Of a stretch of 64,000 nt of DNA, positions 29,396-39,864 are shown in pieces. The DNA is from an uncultured Gemmatimonadales bacterium (GTDB taxonomy: Bacteria; Gemmatimonadota; Gemmatimonadetes; Gemmatimonadales; GWC2-71-9), in NCBI GenBank assembly GCA_963779755.1, contig CAVZZO010000001.1, forward strand, positions 960,001-1,024,000, given 5' to 3'. The first letter of the stretch is position 1, and the number at the start of each line of letters is the position of its first letter. The notes below the pieces were generated by a model. The model saw only the letters and a list, made by a program, of their open reading frames with translations, was not told where the DNA came from and did not search any database. The translations under genes were made by a program, and so were the position numbers.

Positions 29396-31867
29396 ATGAC
29401 CGAGCACACGCAGGATCAGGCCGGCTACGACCCGGCCGTCATCGAGGCGCGCTGGCAGGCGCGCTGGGCTGAGCGGCGCACTAACGAGCCCGATCTCGAA
29501 GGCGCCGCCAGGCCGTTCTACAATCTGATGATGTTCCCCTATCCCTCGGCGGAAGGGCTGCACGTGGGGAACATGTTCGCGTTTACCGGCAGCGATATCT
29601 ACGGCCGCTTCAAGCGGCTGCAGGGCTGGAATGTCTTCGAGCCCATCGGTTTCGACGCCTTCGGGATTCACAGCGAGAACCACGCGATCAAGGTGGGCAT
29701 CCACCCCGCCGAGCTGATTCCCCGTAACATCGAGAACTTCCGTCGCCAGCTGGTCCGCATCGGGGGGATGTTCGACTGGCGGCACGAGCTCTCTACCACC
29801 GATCCCGGTTATTACAAATGGACGCAGTGGCTGTTCCTCCAACTGTATCAGGCGGGGAAGGCCTACAAGAAGAAAGCCGCGGTCAACTGGTGCCCGGAGT
29901 GCAAGACGGTCCTGGCCAATGAGCAGGTGGTGAACGGGTTCTGCGAACGGCATCCCGACGTCAAGGTGGAGCAGCGGATGCTGGAGCAATGGTTTTTCCG
30001 GATCACCGACTACGCCGAGGCCCTGCTGCACAACCTGAAGACGCTGGACTGGTCGGAGAGCACCCTGACGGCCCAGCGGAACTGGATCGGGCGCTCCCAG
30101 GGCGCGCGTATCACGTTCCAGGTGATGCCGGAAGCCGCGGGCGAGGCGGAGCATGGCCCCGTGGCGGTCGAGGTCTTTACCACCCGTCCCGATACCATCT
30201 TCGGCGCTACCTGGCTGGTGCTGGCACCCGAACATCCGGCAGTCGCGCGGATCACCCATCCGGACCGGCGGCAGGAGGTGGTGGCCTACCGGGAGCGCGC
30301 CGCGGCCATGGACCTGGTCACCCGCAAGGTGGTGAAGGACAAGACCGGCGTCTTCACCGGCGCCTATGCCACCAATCCCGCCACCGGCGAGCCGATCCCG
30401 GTATGGGTGGCCGACTACGTCCTCATGGAATACGGGACCGGCGCCATCATGGCGGTGCCCGGCCACGACGAGCGTGACTTCGAGTTCGCCCGGGAGTTCG
30501 ATCTCCCCATCGTCCGGGTGGTGGCGGCCAGCGGCGACACCGCCGATACGCCGCTGGACCAGGCCTATACCGACAGCGAGCGCGGCCGCCTGGTCAACTC
30601 GGGGCAGTTCAACAATCTGAGCGTGGCCCAGGCGCAGCGGGCCGTCGTGGAGTGGCTGGCGAGTCTGGGCGCGGCTCATCCCGAGGTGAACTACCGGCTG
30701 CACGACTGGTGCATTTCCCGGCAGCGCTACTGGGGGCCGCCGATCCCCATCATCTACTGCGACACCTGCGGCGCCGTCCCCGTGCCCGAAGCCGACCTTC
30801 CCGTGCTGCTTCCCGCGATCGAAGACTTCCGGCCCGAGGACACCGGCGTCTCGCCCCTGGCCCGGCATGAGGAGTGGTACTACGTCCCCTGTCCCCAGTG
30901 CGGAGCCCGGGGCCGGCGGGAGACCGACGTTTCGGACACCTTCCTGGATTCGGCCTGGTACTACCTGCGCTACCCCAGCAGCGACCTGGATGACCGGCCA
31001 TTCGATGCGGCGCTCACCCGCCGCTGGCTGCCGGTCACGACCTACATCGGCGGCAATGAACACGCCGTGCTGCACCTGCTCTACTCCCGCTTCATTGCCA
31101 TGGTGCTGCACGAGCTCGGCCACATCGGGTTCGAGGAGCCGTTCACCCGGTTCCGCGCCCACGGGCTCATTGTGAAGGACGGGGCCAAGATGTCCAAGTC
31201 CCGGGGCAACGTGGTGGTGCCCGACGAGTACATCTCCAGGTGGGGGGCGGACACTTTCCGCATGTATCTGATGTCGCTCGGCCCTTTCCAGGAGGGCGGC
31301 GATTTCCGCGACGCAGGCATCAGCGGCCCCCGGCGTTTTCTCGACAAGGTCTGGATGCTGGTCGGCGATTCCGTGGGCGAGGACGCCTGCGGAGAGATCA
31401 CGCACCGCATTCTGGTGAAGTGGCACCAGACCAAGCGCAAGGTCACGGAAGATTACGAGGACCTGAAATACAACACCGCCATCGCCGCCATGATGGAACT
31501 GGTGAATACGCTGCGCGAGGCCAACTGTGTCGAGCGGCGGGTGGTGGCAGACCTGATCGTCATGCTCGCACCCATCGTCCCGCATTTCGCCGAGGAATGC
31601 TGGGAGCGGCTGGGGCAGCAGGGATCGGTGTTCGATGCCGCGTGGCCCGCCTGGAACCCGGCGCTGGTGGTGGAGGACACGGTCGAGCTGGTGGTGCAGG
31701 TCAACGGCCGCACCCGCTCCCGGGTCATGGTGCCGCGGGACTCCGCCGAGGAGGCCGCGGTGGACGCGGCGCTGGCCGATACGGCGGTGCAGCGTTTCGT
31801 GGGCCAACAGGAGATTCGCAAGCGGATCTACGTGCCCAACCGGCTGGTGAATCTCGTGGTGGGTTAG
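29396..31867 (+). CDS. leuS: Leucine--tRNA ligase
   Basis: MFPYPS..GLHVGN, FTTRPDT and [12 protein letters not shown] (editing domain), KMSKS. Confidence 0.98.
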   Translation: MTEHTQDQAGYDPAVIEARWQARWAERRTNEPDLEGAARPFYNLMMFPYPSAEGLHVGNMFAFTGSDIYGRFKRLQGWNVFEPIGFDAFGIHSENHAIKVGIHPAELIPRNIENFRRQLVRIGGMFDWRHELSTTDPGYYKWTQWLFLQLYQAGKAYKKKAAVNWCPECKTVLANEQVVNGFCERHPDVKVEQRMLEQWFFRITDYAEALLHNLKTLDWSESTLTAQRNWIGRSQGARITFQVMPEAAGEAEHGPVAVEVFTTRPDTIFGATWLVLAPEHPAVARITHPDRRQEVVAYRERAAAMDLVTRKVVKDKTGVFTGAYATNPATGEPIPVWVADYVLMEYGTGAIMAVPGHDERDFEFAREFDLPIVRVVAASGDTADTPLDQAYTDSERGRLVNSGQFNNLSVAQAQRAVVEWLASLGAAHPEVNYRLHDWCISRQRYWGPPIPIIYCDTCGAVPVPEADLPVLLPAIEDFRPEDTGVSPLARHEEWYYVPCPQCGARGRRETDVSDTFLDSAWYYLRYPSSDLDDRPFDAALTRRWLPVTTYIGGNEHAVLHLLYSRFIAMVLHELGHIGFEEPFTRFRAHGLIVKDGAKMSKSRGNVVVPDEYISRWGADTFRMYLMSLGPFQEGGDFRDAGISGPRRFLDKVWMLVGDSVGEDACGEITHRILVKWHQTKRKVTEDYEDLKYNTAIAAMMELVNTLREANCVERRVVADLIVMLAPIVPHFAEECWERLGQQGSVFDAAWPAWNPALVVEDTVELVVQVNGRTRSRVMVPRDSAEEAAVDAALADTAVQRFVGQQEIRKRIYVPNRLVNLVVG

Positions 31868-32042
31868 TCCGGCCAGGGCGTCGCGCATCCGGCGCCGGGT
31901 CCGCCGGGGGCGTGTGCAGGGAGTACCGGATCAGGCGTCATCAAGGCTGGGTAACGGTGGCGCCGGCCTGGCTGTGTGGCCGAGGCCGCTTACGACCCGG
32001 TCGAGGTCACCACCGACGTCGCCGTTGCCCGTTTCTCCCTCC

Positions 32043-33155
32043 TCAGAACAGCCGCACAATCCAGTCACCCACCAGATAGCCCGCCCCCGCCACGCCCAGC
32101 CCCACCAGGAACATGTCCATGCCGCTGCGGATCACGCCGCGGCCGGTAAAGAACGAGCGGGCCGCGCCCACCCCGAAATGCGACAGCATGGCGATGGTGA
32201 ACGCGATCCAGATGGCCGCGGCGCCGCGGGTGAAGAGAAACGGAGCCACCGGAATGAACGCCCCGAAGGCCGTGGCGAGGCCGGTGACCCACGCCTCCTG
32301 CAGCGGCGTACTGTCGGCCTCGCCGATCTTCAGCTCTTCCCGGACCTTCTCTTCCAGCGCCCGCTCGGGATCCTGCATGACCTGATGGGCCAGCTCGTTG
32401 GCCTGGCCCTCCGGAATGCCCTTGGCCTGATAGAGCAGGGAGAGTTCCTCCTGCTCGATTTCGGGCATGAGCCGGAGCTCTTCCTTCTCCATGGCGATCT
32501 CGTGCTCGAAGACTTCACGCTCGCTCTTGGCGGCCAGATAGCCCGAACTGCCCATGGACAGGGCATCGGCGACCATGCCCGCGAGCCCGGCCACCAGCAC
32601 CGCATGCGCCGCGCCCAGCGACGACTGGGCGCCGATCATGCCCGCTACCAGCCCAAAGTTGGCGGTCAGGCCGTCATTGAAGCCGTACACCACGTTCCGC
32701 AGGAAGCCGCCCGCGCCGGTCTTGTGCCAGGGTTCGCCCTCCGTGCCGCTCAGGGTGGCGAGCGACTCTGCGTGCTGCGCGGATTCCCGGGCCAGGCGCA
32801 GCGCCGTGGGCCCGGCGGCGCCTCCGGGTGCCTCCTTGTACATGTTGAGGTACCCTTTCACCTCGCGTCCCTCTTCTTCCAGCAGCAGGGGGAGCACTGT
32901 GCGCGCCCCGAACCGGCGGGCCATCCAGACCATCCCCCGCGCCCGAAGACTGGGACGAAACGAGGGAACCTCTTCCCCCTGGTCCTTCAGAAGCCGCTCC
33001 CACAGCTCGACGTGCCGATCCTCGACCTCGGCCAGCCGCTGAAACAGGCTGACTCGCTGGGGGTCGGTTTCGAGCTCCGCCAGAGCGCGGTACATGAAGG
33101 CCGCGTCCGCCTCGTCGGTCAGGTGCTCTCGCCAGGAGTCGGTTGTGGTAGCCAT
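32043..33155 (-). CDS. VIT1/CCC1 family metal transporter with N-terminal ferritin/rubrerythrin-like domain
   Basis: E..A...Y...LA.VE.RH carboxylate motifs, VYGFNDGL, ALSMG.SGYL. Confidence 0.9.
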   Translation of the reverse strand: MATTTDSWREHLTDEADAAFMYRALAELETDPQRVSLFQRLAEVEDRHVELWERLLKDQGEEVPSFRPSLRARGMVWMARRFGARTVLPLLLEEEGREVKGYLNMYKEAPGGAAGPTALRLARESAQHAESLATLSGTEGEPWHKTGAGGFLRNVVYGFNDGLTANFGLVAGMIGAQSSLGAAHAVLVAGLAGMVADALSMGSSGYLAAKSEREVFEHEIAMEKEELRLMPEIEQEELSLLYQAKGIPEGQANELAHQVMQDPERALEEKVREELKIGEADSTPLQEAWVTGLATAFGAFIPVAPFLFTRGAAAIWIAFTIAMLSHFGVGAARSFFTGRGVIRSGMDMFLVGLGVAGAGYLVGDWIVRLF

Positions 33156-33385
33156 GCCGCAAATCTAGCAGGGGCGGCATGCTGCACTGTGCATGACAGA
33201 GGCTTGACCTCCCTCCCGCCGTCCCGTCTGTCGGCCCACTGGCCTCCTGACGCCTGGCCCGTGATGGGCTGCTCCACAGCCGGCCTCCGTCCGAGAAATC
33301 GATCCGTGAGAGCCGGCGGGCTGAACATGGAGTCAGCCTGAACGGCCGCCGTCCGGCCGCCTCTCCCTTTTCTCACCACCCCCCC

Positions 33386-33412
33386 TGCAACGCTGCCCCT
33401 TTCAGGGGCATC
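33386..33412 (+). promoter_or_regulatory. Candidate ECF-type autoregulatory promoter (TGCAAC-N17-CATC)
   Basis: AAC-type -35 and CATC -10 just upstream of the sigma ATG at 33425. Overlaps the palindrome TGCCCCT-TTC-AGGGGCA. Confidence 0.5.
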
Positions 33413-33424
33413 TTTAAAAGAGTC

Positions 33425-33964
33425 ATGACAGACATCTACGCACTCGCCAATGCCGACGCGGTGGTGGCCCAGGCCCGGGCAGGGGACCTGGAGGCACTGG
33501 AGCAGTTGTACCGTGCCTTCGAGGTACCGGTCTTCAACCTGGCCCGGCGGATCTGCCGGACGGCCGAGGATGCGGAAGATGTGGTGCAGGAGACGTTTTT
33601 CGAGGTCTGCCGGAGCATCGGGCAGTACCGGGCGGAGGGGAGTCTCTGGGGCTGGATCCGGACGATCGCCTCCAGCAAGGCACTGATGCGGCTGCGGCGC
33701 AATCGCTACCGGGAGACCGACCAGCTGGAGGACGAGCTGGTGCCGGCCACCCGGCGTGAGGAGCCGCTGCTCCGGATGGATCTCGAGGCGGCGCTGGAAC
33801 GGCTGCCGGAGATCAGCCGGGCGGTGGTCTGGCTGCACGATGTCGAAGGGTATACGCACGAAGAGATCGCGGACATGATGGGCAAGACGGTGAGTTTTTC
33901 GAAGTCGCAGCTGGCCCGGGCCCACGCGCGCCTGCGCCGCTGGCTGGGGGAGGAGGTCGCGTGA
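33425..33964 (+). CDS. ECF sigma-70 factor
   Basis: Region 2 DAEDVVQETF...WIRTIA. Region 4 EGYTHEEIA..MG....SKSQLARA. Confidence 0.93.
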   Translation: MTDIYALANADAVVAQARAGDLEALEQLYRAFEVPVFNLARRICRTAEDAEDVVQETFFEVCRSIGQYRAEGSLWGWIRTIASSKALMRLRRNRYRETDQLEDELVPATRREEPLLRMDLEAALERLPEISRAVVWLHDVEGYTHEEIADMMGKTVSFSKSQLARAHARLRRWLGEEVA

Positions 33965-34566
33965 ATCACCTCACCCTGGAGCAGCTCCTGGATCTGCGGG
34001 AGCCCGGCCTGGCGCCAGGCACCGCTACGGCCCGGTTACATCTGGAAGGTTGTCCCGAATGCCGCCGCGAACTGGACCGGCTGCACCAGCGGGCGGCCCG
34101 GTTGCGCGCCCTGCCGGCGCTGCGGCCGGCGCGTGATCGGTGGCCGGTAGTCCGGGCCCGGGCCGTGGCCCACCGGCGGCATCGCCGGATCCGCTGGATG
34201 GGCATGGCCGGTCTGGCGATGGCGGCGTCGATCGCGGCGGTGCTGGTGGTGGGCGACATTTCGGCTCACGACGGCCGCGGGACGCCGGTGGCGGCGATCG
34301 ACTCGGTGAAGGCGCAGTCGCAGGCGCTGGAGAGCGCCCTGCGCCGACTGAATCCCGAGGCGCGCGTCACCGACGGCCGCACGGCGCACATCGCGGCCGA
34401 ACTGGAAGACCGCATTGCCGCGCTCGACCGCCAGCTGCAGGCCTCCGAGCTGGGCGGACAGCGGGCGCCTCAGACGCAGACGCTCCAGCTCTGGCGGGAG
34501 CGAGTCGGTTTGCTGGACGCCCTGATGGACGTCCACCTGACCCGGGCAACCAATGTCGGGCTCTGA
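33961..34566 (+). CDS. Zinc-binding (ZAS) membrane anti-sigma factor
   Basis: HLEGCPEC (HxxxCxxC), one TM helix, GTGA overlap with the sigma gene. Confidence 0.8.
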   Translation: MNHLTLEQLLDLREPGLAPGTATARLHLEGCPECRRELDRLHQRAARLRALPALRPARDRWPVVRARAVAHRRHRRIRWMGMAGLAMAASIAAVLVVGDISAHDGRGTPVAAIDSVKAQSQALESALRRLNPEARVTDGRTAHIAAELEDRIAALDRQLQASELGGQRAPQTQTLQLWRERVGLLDALMDVHLTRATNVGL

Positions 34567-35503
34567 TCGAGACGCTCGCTGCCGGCCGTTGCGCTCCCGG
34601 GGTCTGATGCTGGCGGCCCTCTGTGCCGTTCCGGCCCTGTTGGCCGCCCAGCAGCCCCGGTCGCTCACGCCGGGCCGGGTGCCGCCCGATTCCCTCCGCA
34701 TCAGTTATATCCACCATCGCGCTCGCATGGGGATCACCATCAACATGCGGGCCAGCGCCACCGACTCCATCGGCGCGTACGTCGAAGCCGTGACGCCCGG
34801 CGGGCCGGCGGCCCGGGCCGGGATTCGCTCGGGCGACATCATCACCCGGGTGAACATGCAGGATCTCACGACTGGCGGCGGCCCCGCGCCGGATGAGCAG
34901 TTCTCCGCGCCGCCCTCCCTGCCGGGCCTGCGGCTGATCGAGCTGGCTGCCCGGCTCGATCCCAACGACACCCTGAGCCTGGAGTACCGCCGGGACGGCA
35001 AGCGGCGGGTGGCCCAGTTGGTGACCGACCTGCAGCCGGGCTGGATCGCCTACGAGACGCCGGGCGGCGTGTACTTCAGCCCGCCCGAGAGTATGGCGCT
35101 CCGCGTCATGCCCATGCCGCAGGAACGCACCTACCTTCCGGGACCGCGACCGGCCGGGGACGAGCGGCAATTCGTGCGACAGCCCGAGCCGTTCGCCGGT
35201 TCCTTCTTCTTCTCCTGGAGCTCGCCCCTCGCCGATCTGGAGCTGGCCCCGCTCAACCCCCTTCTGGGCCGCTACTTCGGGACCAGCCAGGGAGTCCTGG
35301 TTCTGGACGTTCCCGATTCGAGCGGGCTCAATCTTCAGCCGGGTGACGTGGTCCGGTCGGTGGACGGCCGGCCCATCGTTTCGCCCGCCCATCTGCTCCG
35401 GGTGTTGCGGAGCTACCAGGGCGGCGAACATTTCCGGCTCGAGATCGTGCGCATGCACAAGCCGGTGGTGGTGCAGGGTAGCCTCGCCCCTCCCGGACGC
35501 TGA
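34553..35503 (+). CDS. Exported tandem-PDZ protein (no protease domain)
   Basis: V.PGGPAARAGIRSGDII and LQPGDVV.SVDG. Signal-like segment; true start may be ATG 34607. Confidence 0.78.
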   Translation: MSGSDRDARCRPLRSRGLMLAALCAVPALLAAQQPRSLTPGRVPPDSLRISYIHHRARMGITINMRASATDSIGAYVEAVTPGGPAARAGIRSGDIITRVNMQDLTTGGGPAPDEQFSAPPSLPGLRLIELAARLDPNDTLSLEYRRDGKRRVAQLVTDLQPGWIAYETPGGVYFSPPESMALRVMPMPQERTYLPGPRPAGDERQFVRQPEPFAGSFFFSWSSPLADLELAPLNPLLGRYFGTSQGVLVLDVPDSSGLNLQPGDVVRSVDGRPIVSPAHLLRVLRSYQGGEHFRLEIVRMHKPVVVQGSLAPPGR

Positions 35504-35547
35504 AGCCCGGTTTCCTCCCGGGGCGGGCCGGATTAAGCTGTAGCCCC

Positions 35548-36510
35548 ATGCGCCAGACCGCATTGCTCGCTGCCGGGCTCGCTCTCCTGCCCGGGCTGCC
35601 GCTCGCAGCGCAGAATCCGGTCCCCCCGATCCCCGCGTTCCATTCCATCAACCCGCTGGCGCAGTCCCGCTCCGGGGTGTTCTTCCAGCCCTGGGAGCCG
35701 CCGGATTCCGGCTGGGCCGTGCGGGTTCTGCTGGACTACGGCAGCGCCATCGAGTTCAACACGAGCCGCTCCGGTACCTACCTCCTCGACGCCGAGCTGC
35801 TGGTGCTCCGGGCCGGGCTCCGTCACGACCTCACGTCCTCGACCTTCGTTGCCGCCGAAGCGCCTCTGGGCTACGCCTGGGCGGGGTTTCTGGATGGGTT
35901 CCTCAACTGGTACCACCGGGTGATCGGCGTGGACCTTCCGGCGCGCGACGAACGGCCGCGGGATAGTTTCGCCTATCGGCTGGATCTCCCGGGGGGACGG
36001 CAGGTCGGGTACGGGCCGGGAGCCTATCTGGGAGATGTTCGCCTGGCGGTGGGGCATCGGCACCGGCCGGGGCTCCAGTCGGTCTTGTCGCTGACGCTCC
36101 CCACCACCACCCGCGAAGGGTACGGCCGGGGCACGCCTTCTCTGGCGCTGATGACGACGCTGGCCGCCCCCTTGGGCCGGCGCTGGAACTTCACCGGCGG
36201 CCTGGGGGCCGGTGTCACCCCCCGCCACGGAGTGCTGGGCCCCTGGCAGCACTCGCTCTTTGTCGCGGTGACGGCCGGCGCCCGCTGGAACATCTGGGGA
36301 AGGCAGGCGCTCTACGCCGATTTCTTCATTCATTCGCCCTATTACCACGGCACCGGCTACCCGGCTCTGGATCGCTTCGAAATGTCCTTGAACTACGGAT
36401 GGCTGCTGCGGACGGCGGGAGGGCTGGAGTGGCGGGTGGGTATGACCGAAGACCCCTCGCCTTCAGGACCGGCGATCGACGCGGTGTTTCAGGTGGGGGT
36501 GGGACGGTGA
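35548..36510 (+). CDS. Putative outer-membrane beta-barrel protein (DUF3187-like)
   Basis: Signal peptide, GFLDGFLNWYH motif, LTLPT, alternating beta-strands. Confidence 0.6.
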   Translation: MRQTALLAAGLALLPGLPLAAQNPVPPIPAFHSINPLAQSRSGVFFQPWEPPDSGWAVRVLLDYGSAIEFNTSRSGTYLLDAELLVLRAGLRHDLTSSTFVAAEAPLGYAWAGFLDGFLNWYHRVIGVDLPARDERPRDSFAYRLDLPGGRQVGYGPGAYLGDVRLAVGHRHRPGLQSVLSLTLPTTTREGYGRGTPSLALMTTLAAPLGRRWNFTGGLGAGVTPRHGVLGPWQHSLFVAVTAGARWNIWGRQALYADFFIHSPYYHGTGYPALDRFEMSLNYGWLLRTAGGLEWRVGMTEDPSPSGPAIDAVFQVGVGR

Positions 36511-36517
36511 TGGGGAA

Positions 36518-36784
36518 TCAGCGGCTTCCTTCCGCGGTTCCTGATGCCTTCGTTTCCGGTTCCTCAAAGAGAAAGCGCTTCATGTTCTCCATCAGGAACT
36601 GCTTCGCCTTCGGCTCCAGCAGGTTCAGCGCATAGTGGTTGATCAGCTGTTTCTGGTAGTTGAGCCACTCGGCCCAGCAGACGGCGCAGATGTGATCGTA
36701 GATGCGCTTGCCGGTCTCGTTAGGAAAGGGCTGGAAGGCGATCCGGTCGCGCTCCATCCCGCAGCGGGTACAGGTAACAGTCAT
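36518..36784 (-). CDS. yggX: Fe(II)-trafficking / oxidative damage protection protein (YggX-like)
   Basis: PFP...GKRIY..I...WAEW...Q..LINHY.LN. Confidence 0.85.
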   Translation of the reverse strand: MTVTCTRCGMERDRIAFQPFPNETGKRIYDHICAVCWAEWLNYQKQLINHYALNLLEPKAKQFLMENMKRFLFEEPETKASGTAEGSR

Positions 36785-37053
36785 CGGCTATCCACAGATT
36801 GACGATTCCTCGGATGACACGGACTCCCCACACTAATCGGGAGGGACCGCCAGGGGGAGCCCGGACGGCCCGGCAGCCCGGGCAGGAGCACGACCGCACT
36901 GTGAATCGCCTCGCCCCGCGTTCCCTCCTCCGCAGCCGTCAGCGGGCCGCCGGGGAGCGGGTCAGTTGCGGAACGCAGCGGGAAGATGGGCCAATCTGCG
37001 CGATCGGTGTAATCTCTGGAGCCGCCGCGGTGCCGGGGTCGCCGGCGGGCCGA

Positions 37054-37347
37054 TCATCTGGTCATCTGCGTAGACCGGCGCAGGGCACGGACACCGCTGG
37101 CGGTGCCGAATCCGGTGCCCAGTCCGAAGGCGATGGCTGCGGTGGTAGTGATGATCGGGAGCAGGCCCGCAACCGGCCAGGCGATGACGGCGCAGGCCGT
37201 TCCCACCAGCAGCGGGGCCAGCGGCGAATAGACTGCGTCTACGAAGCGCAGCCGGCGCTGCACCAAACGACGGGTCAGCATGTAGCCGCCGATGCCGGCG
37301 ACGATCGTGGCAAACAGGGCCAGCAGTCCAAAGAGCGTATGGAACAT
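37054..37347 (-). CDS. Small hypothetical membrane protein
   Basis: About 97 aa, 3 hydrophobic segments, SD GAGG upstream of ATG 37347. Confidence 0.65.
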   Translation of the reverse strand: MFHTLFGLLALFATIVAGIGGYMLTRRLVQRRLRFVDAVYSPLAPLLVGTACAVIAWPVAGLLPIITTTAAIAFGLGTGFGTASGVRALRRSTQMTR

Positions 37348-37487
37348 GGATAGCCTCACAGAAAAGACCCAGGATGTGTTTCATTACGTAACGACAAGCG
37401 CTTAGGATTCACTGAAACCGCAAGTGGTTGCCTTGCAATATTTTGTGGCGCAGCTACCCTTCTCCTGTACCTGGTCAGGATGCATGA

Positions 37488-37889
37488 ATGGAGACTGAAC
37501 AACCTGCCACCGGCCGGCGCCTGGAGGTACCCCTCAAGGGCTGGGGGGCCGAGCCGAGCCGAGCCGTTATTACCACCACGCAACTGGCTCCCGCCGCCCG
37601 GCTCAAACGGGCGGCCACGATCTTCGGGCTCTGCCTGCTGCTCGCCCTGATCTTCCTCCCCATACCGCTGGTCCATCTGGGCGCCGTCCCCGCCGCCGTG
37701 ATTGCGGCCTTCGTCCTGGGCGGCATGCGCCTCACCCAGGGGGAGATCTTCAAGTCCGCGCATGGCAACTGCCCCTTCTGCGGCACAGAGCAGGACTTTC
37801 CGCTGTATGGGCGTTTCAAGCTCCCCAAGTCCGTCGCATGCAACCACTGCCACCGCGACCTGATCGTCGAGCGGCCGGAGGGCGACTGA
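37488..37889 (+). CDS. Small membrane protein with C-terminal zinc ribbon
   Basis: Two TM helices, then CPFC...CNHC. Confidence 0.65.
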   Translation: METEQPATGRRLEVPLKGWGAEPSRAVITTTQLAPAARLKRAATIFGLCLLLALIFLPIPLVHLGAVPAAVIAAFVLGGMRLTQGEIFKSAHGNCPFCGTEQDFPLYGRFKLPKSVACNHCHRDLIVERPEGD

Positions 37890-38578
37890 TCGCCGGCAGG
37901 GCACTGGCTCTGCTGCTCATGGCGGTGATGCTGCCGGGCGCCGGGCATGCGCAGGCATTCCCCGATCCGGGCAGACGGGCGGCCCCCGCGCTCGGCCGGG
38001 ACCAGCGCAGCGAGGCGGCGAGGGATCGCGATCATGAGGCGCAGCAGGTCTTCGACGACCTGGCGCTGCAGCAGGGAATGGCGGTCGCCGACCTTCACCC
38101 CGGCGGCGGGTATTATACGGTACGGCTGGCCCGGCTGCTCGGCCCGCTGGGGCGGCTCTTCGCCGTGAGCGACGATCCCGCGCGGTTGCAGCAGTTGGGA
38201 CAACGGCTGGAGCAGAACGGCATGCAGCAGGTGCAGCTGCTCCTGGGGAAGCCCGATGATCCTGGATTGTCTCCCCGATCGATAAGTCTGGCCCTGCTGG
38301 CGGACGGCTATCACGAGATCCCCAATCCCTACGCCTATTTCTACCGGCTTGCCGCAGGGGTGATTCCGGGGGGGCGGCTCGCCATCGTGGAAGCCGACCG
38401 GCCGATCCTCTCAGGCGGCGCCCCGCCCAACCTCATCCGCTGCGAACTGGGGGCGCTGGGCTACCGGCAGGTGGATTTCCGCTGGCTGTTGCCCTCCGAG
38501 GAGTATCTCGCGGTCTTTACGGTTCCCGATGCGCTGCCCGCGCCGGAGGCGATTCGGCCCTGCGGCGAGGGCGGCTGA
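37886..38578 (+). CDS. Exported class I SAM-methyltransferase-like protein
   Basis: VADLHPGGGYYT (degenerate motif I), YHEI, PGGRLAIVE. Start uncertain (CTG 37886 or ATG 37919). Confidence 0.65.
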   Translation: MIAGRALALLLMAVMLPGAGHAQAFPDPGRRAAPALGRDQRSEAARDRDHEAQQVFDDLALQQGMAVADLHPGGGYYTVRLARLLGPLGRLFAVSDDPARLQQLGQRLEQNGMQQVQLLLGKPDDPGLSPRSISLALLADGYHEIPNPYAYFYRLAAGVIPGGRLAIVEADRPILSGGAPPNLIRCELGALGYRQVDFRWLLPSEEYLAVFTVPDALPAPEAIRPCGEGG

Positions 38579-39821
38579 GGCGCCCTTCCGGGAGTCCCGC
38601 GGCCAGCAGGGTTCCGACCCAGATCCAGAGCAGCCAGCTCGTCGTCCGCGCCGGATCCAGCGAGCGCCAGGTCTCCCACATCATGCCGACCGGAGTGAGC
38701 CACCGTGGCCATGCGGACCACTCGGTGAGGTGGTGACGCTCGACGATCTGCACCGCACCCGTGCCACCGCTGCGGAGCCGCGCCAGCAGGGCGACGCAGG
38801 GATCGGGCACATCCCGCCACCCGGGGATCCGCACGAGATTCCAGACCATACTGGTAGCGCCCCAGCCGTGGTTGTCGCTCGCGCCCACCACCAGCAGATG
38901 GTGGGTTCGGGCCAGGCTGAGGACGGTATCCCGGCGGCCGGGGGCCAGCCGGGCCTTGGGGGCGGCGTTGACCAGTTCCAGCCCGTCCAGTCCCGCGCCG
39001 ATCAGCAGGGAGAGGTTTTCCCACTGGCTCTCCGAGTACTCCGGCAGCGAGGCGATCGTGATCGCACCGTAGCGGGCCTCGCTCTGCCGCAGCAGCTCCA
39101 GCAGGCCGCCCAGGGAATCGGAGTAGGGGCTGCGGGGCACCTGGACGGTATCGCCCAGCAGGACGATATGCGCGTGCCAGGCACTGACCTCGGTGCCGGG
39201 GCAGAGCACGGGCCGCACGCCGGCCGGGGGCGGCCTCGGAGGCAGGTTGGCGACGGTGTTATGATCGGTCAGGAAGAAGGCATCGAAGCCGGCGCGGCGA
39301 TGCCAGCGGCGGTTGGCCTCGGTGCTGAAGCCGCTCACCGGCCACTTCTTGACATCGTGAGACGCGTTGGAATGCGAATGGGTATCCACCCGCATGAGGT
39401 CGGGATCGCCGATCTCCAGGGCCGCCATGGGCCGGTGCCAGATGATGCCCACCCCGATGAAAAGCACCAGCAGGATGAGGCCGGCGATGGCGATGGACAC
39501 CTCGCGCAGCAGGGGGAAGGGGGGGCCGGCGTCGGGCTCGCGCCGGTGGCGCAGCACCGCGGCCACCACGCGCCAGAGGAGCCACAGCAGCACGACACCC
39601 GTCAGGAAGCCGGTCAGCCGGCCCATGCTCAGCATCGAGACGCCGTCCCACAGGTCGAACAGCGGCGCCAGGATGATATTGAGCAGGGGGAAATGCAGGC
39701 GGGTCCCCACGGGGAGCGTCCCTCCCGCCGGATCGGTGAGCACCGGGGCGCGGAACACCCGGGCCGCCACCAGCGCACCGGTCAGGAGTACCGGAGTCAG
39801 GGGAACGCGGCGCGAAGACAT
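38517..39821 (-). CDS. Membrane-anchored PHP-domain phosphoesterase
   Basis: DTHSHS..SHD, TDHN, GTE, ASDNH. N-terminal TM helices. Confidence 0.8.
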   Translation of the reverse strand: MSSRRVPLTPVLLTGALVAARVFRAPVLTDPAGGTLPVGTRLHFPLLNIILAPLFDLWDGVSMLSMGRLTGFLTGVVLLWLLWRVVAAVLRHRREPDAGPPFPLLREVSIAIAGLILLVLFIGVGIIWHRPMAALEIGDPDLMRVDTHSHSNASHDVKKWPVSGFSTEANRRWHRRAGFDAFFLTDHNTVANLPPRPPPAGVRPVLCPGTEVSAWHAHIVLLGDTVQVPRSPYSDSLGGLLELLRQSEARYGAITIASLPEYSESQWENLSLLIGAGLDGLELVNAAPKARLAPGRRDTVLSLARTHHLLVVGASDNHGWGATSMVWNLVRIPGWRDVPDPCVALLARLRSGGTGAVQIVERHHLTEWSAWPRWLTPVGMMWETWRSLDPARTTSWLLWIWVGTLLAAGLPEGRLSRPRRRAESPPARAAHREP

Positions 39822-39836
39822 GGCACAGATATAAAG

Positions 39837-39864
39837 GGGAAACAGGAAAGGGGAAGCGGGAAGG
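39837..39864. repeat. 7-mer array (GGGAANN)4
   Basis: GGGAAAC AGGAAAG GGGAAGC GGGAAGG, directly abutting ATG 39865. Confidence 0.75.

Noticed and set aside
29267..31888. 1442-aa ORF fusing the MCP to a stop-free frame antisense to leuS
   Set aside because: Antisense shadow produced by high-GC codon bias. MCP features begin at ATG 29266 and the extension has no recognisable motifs.
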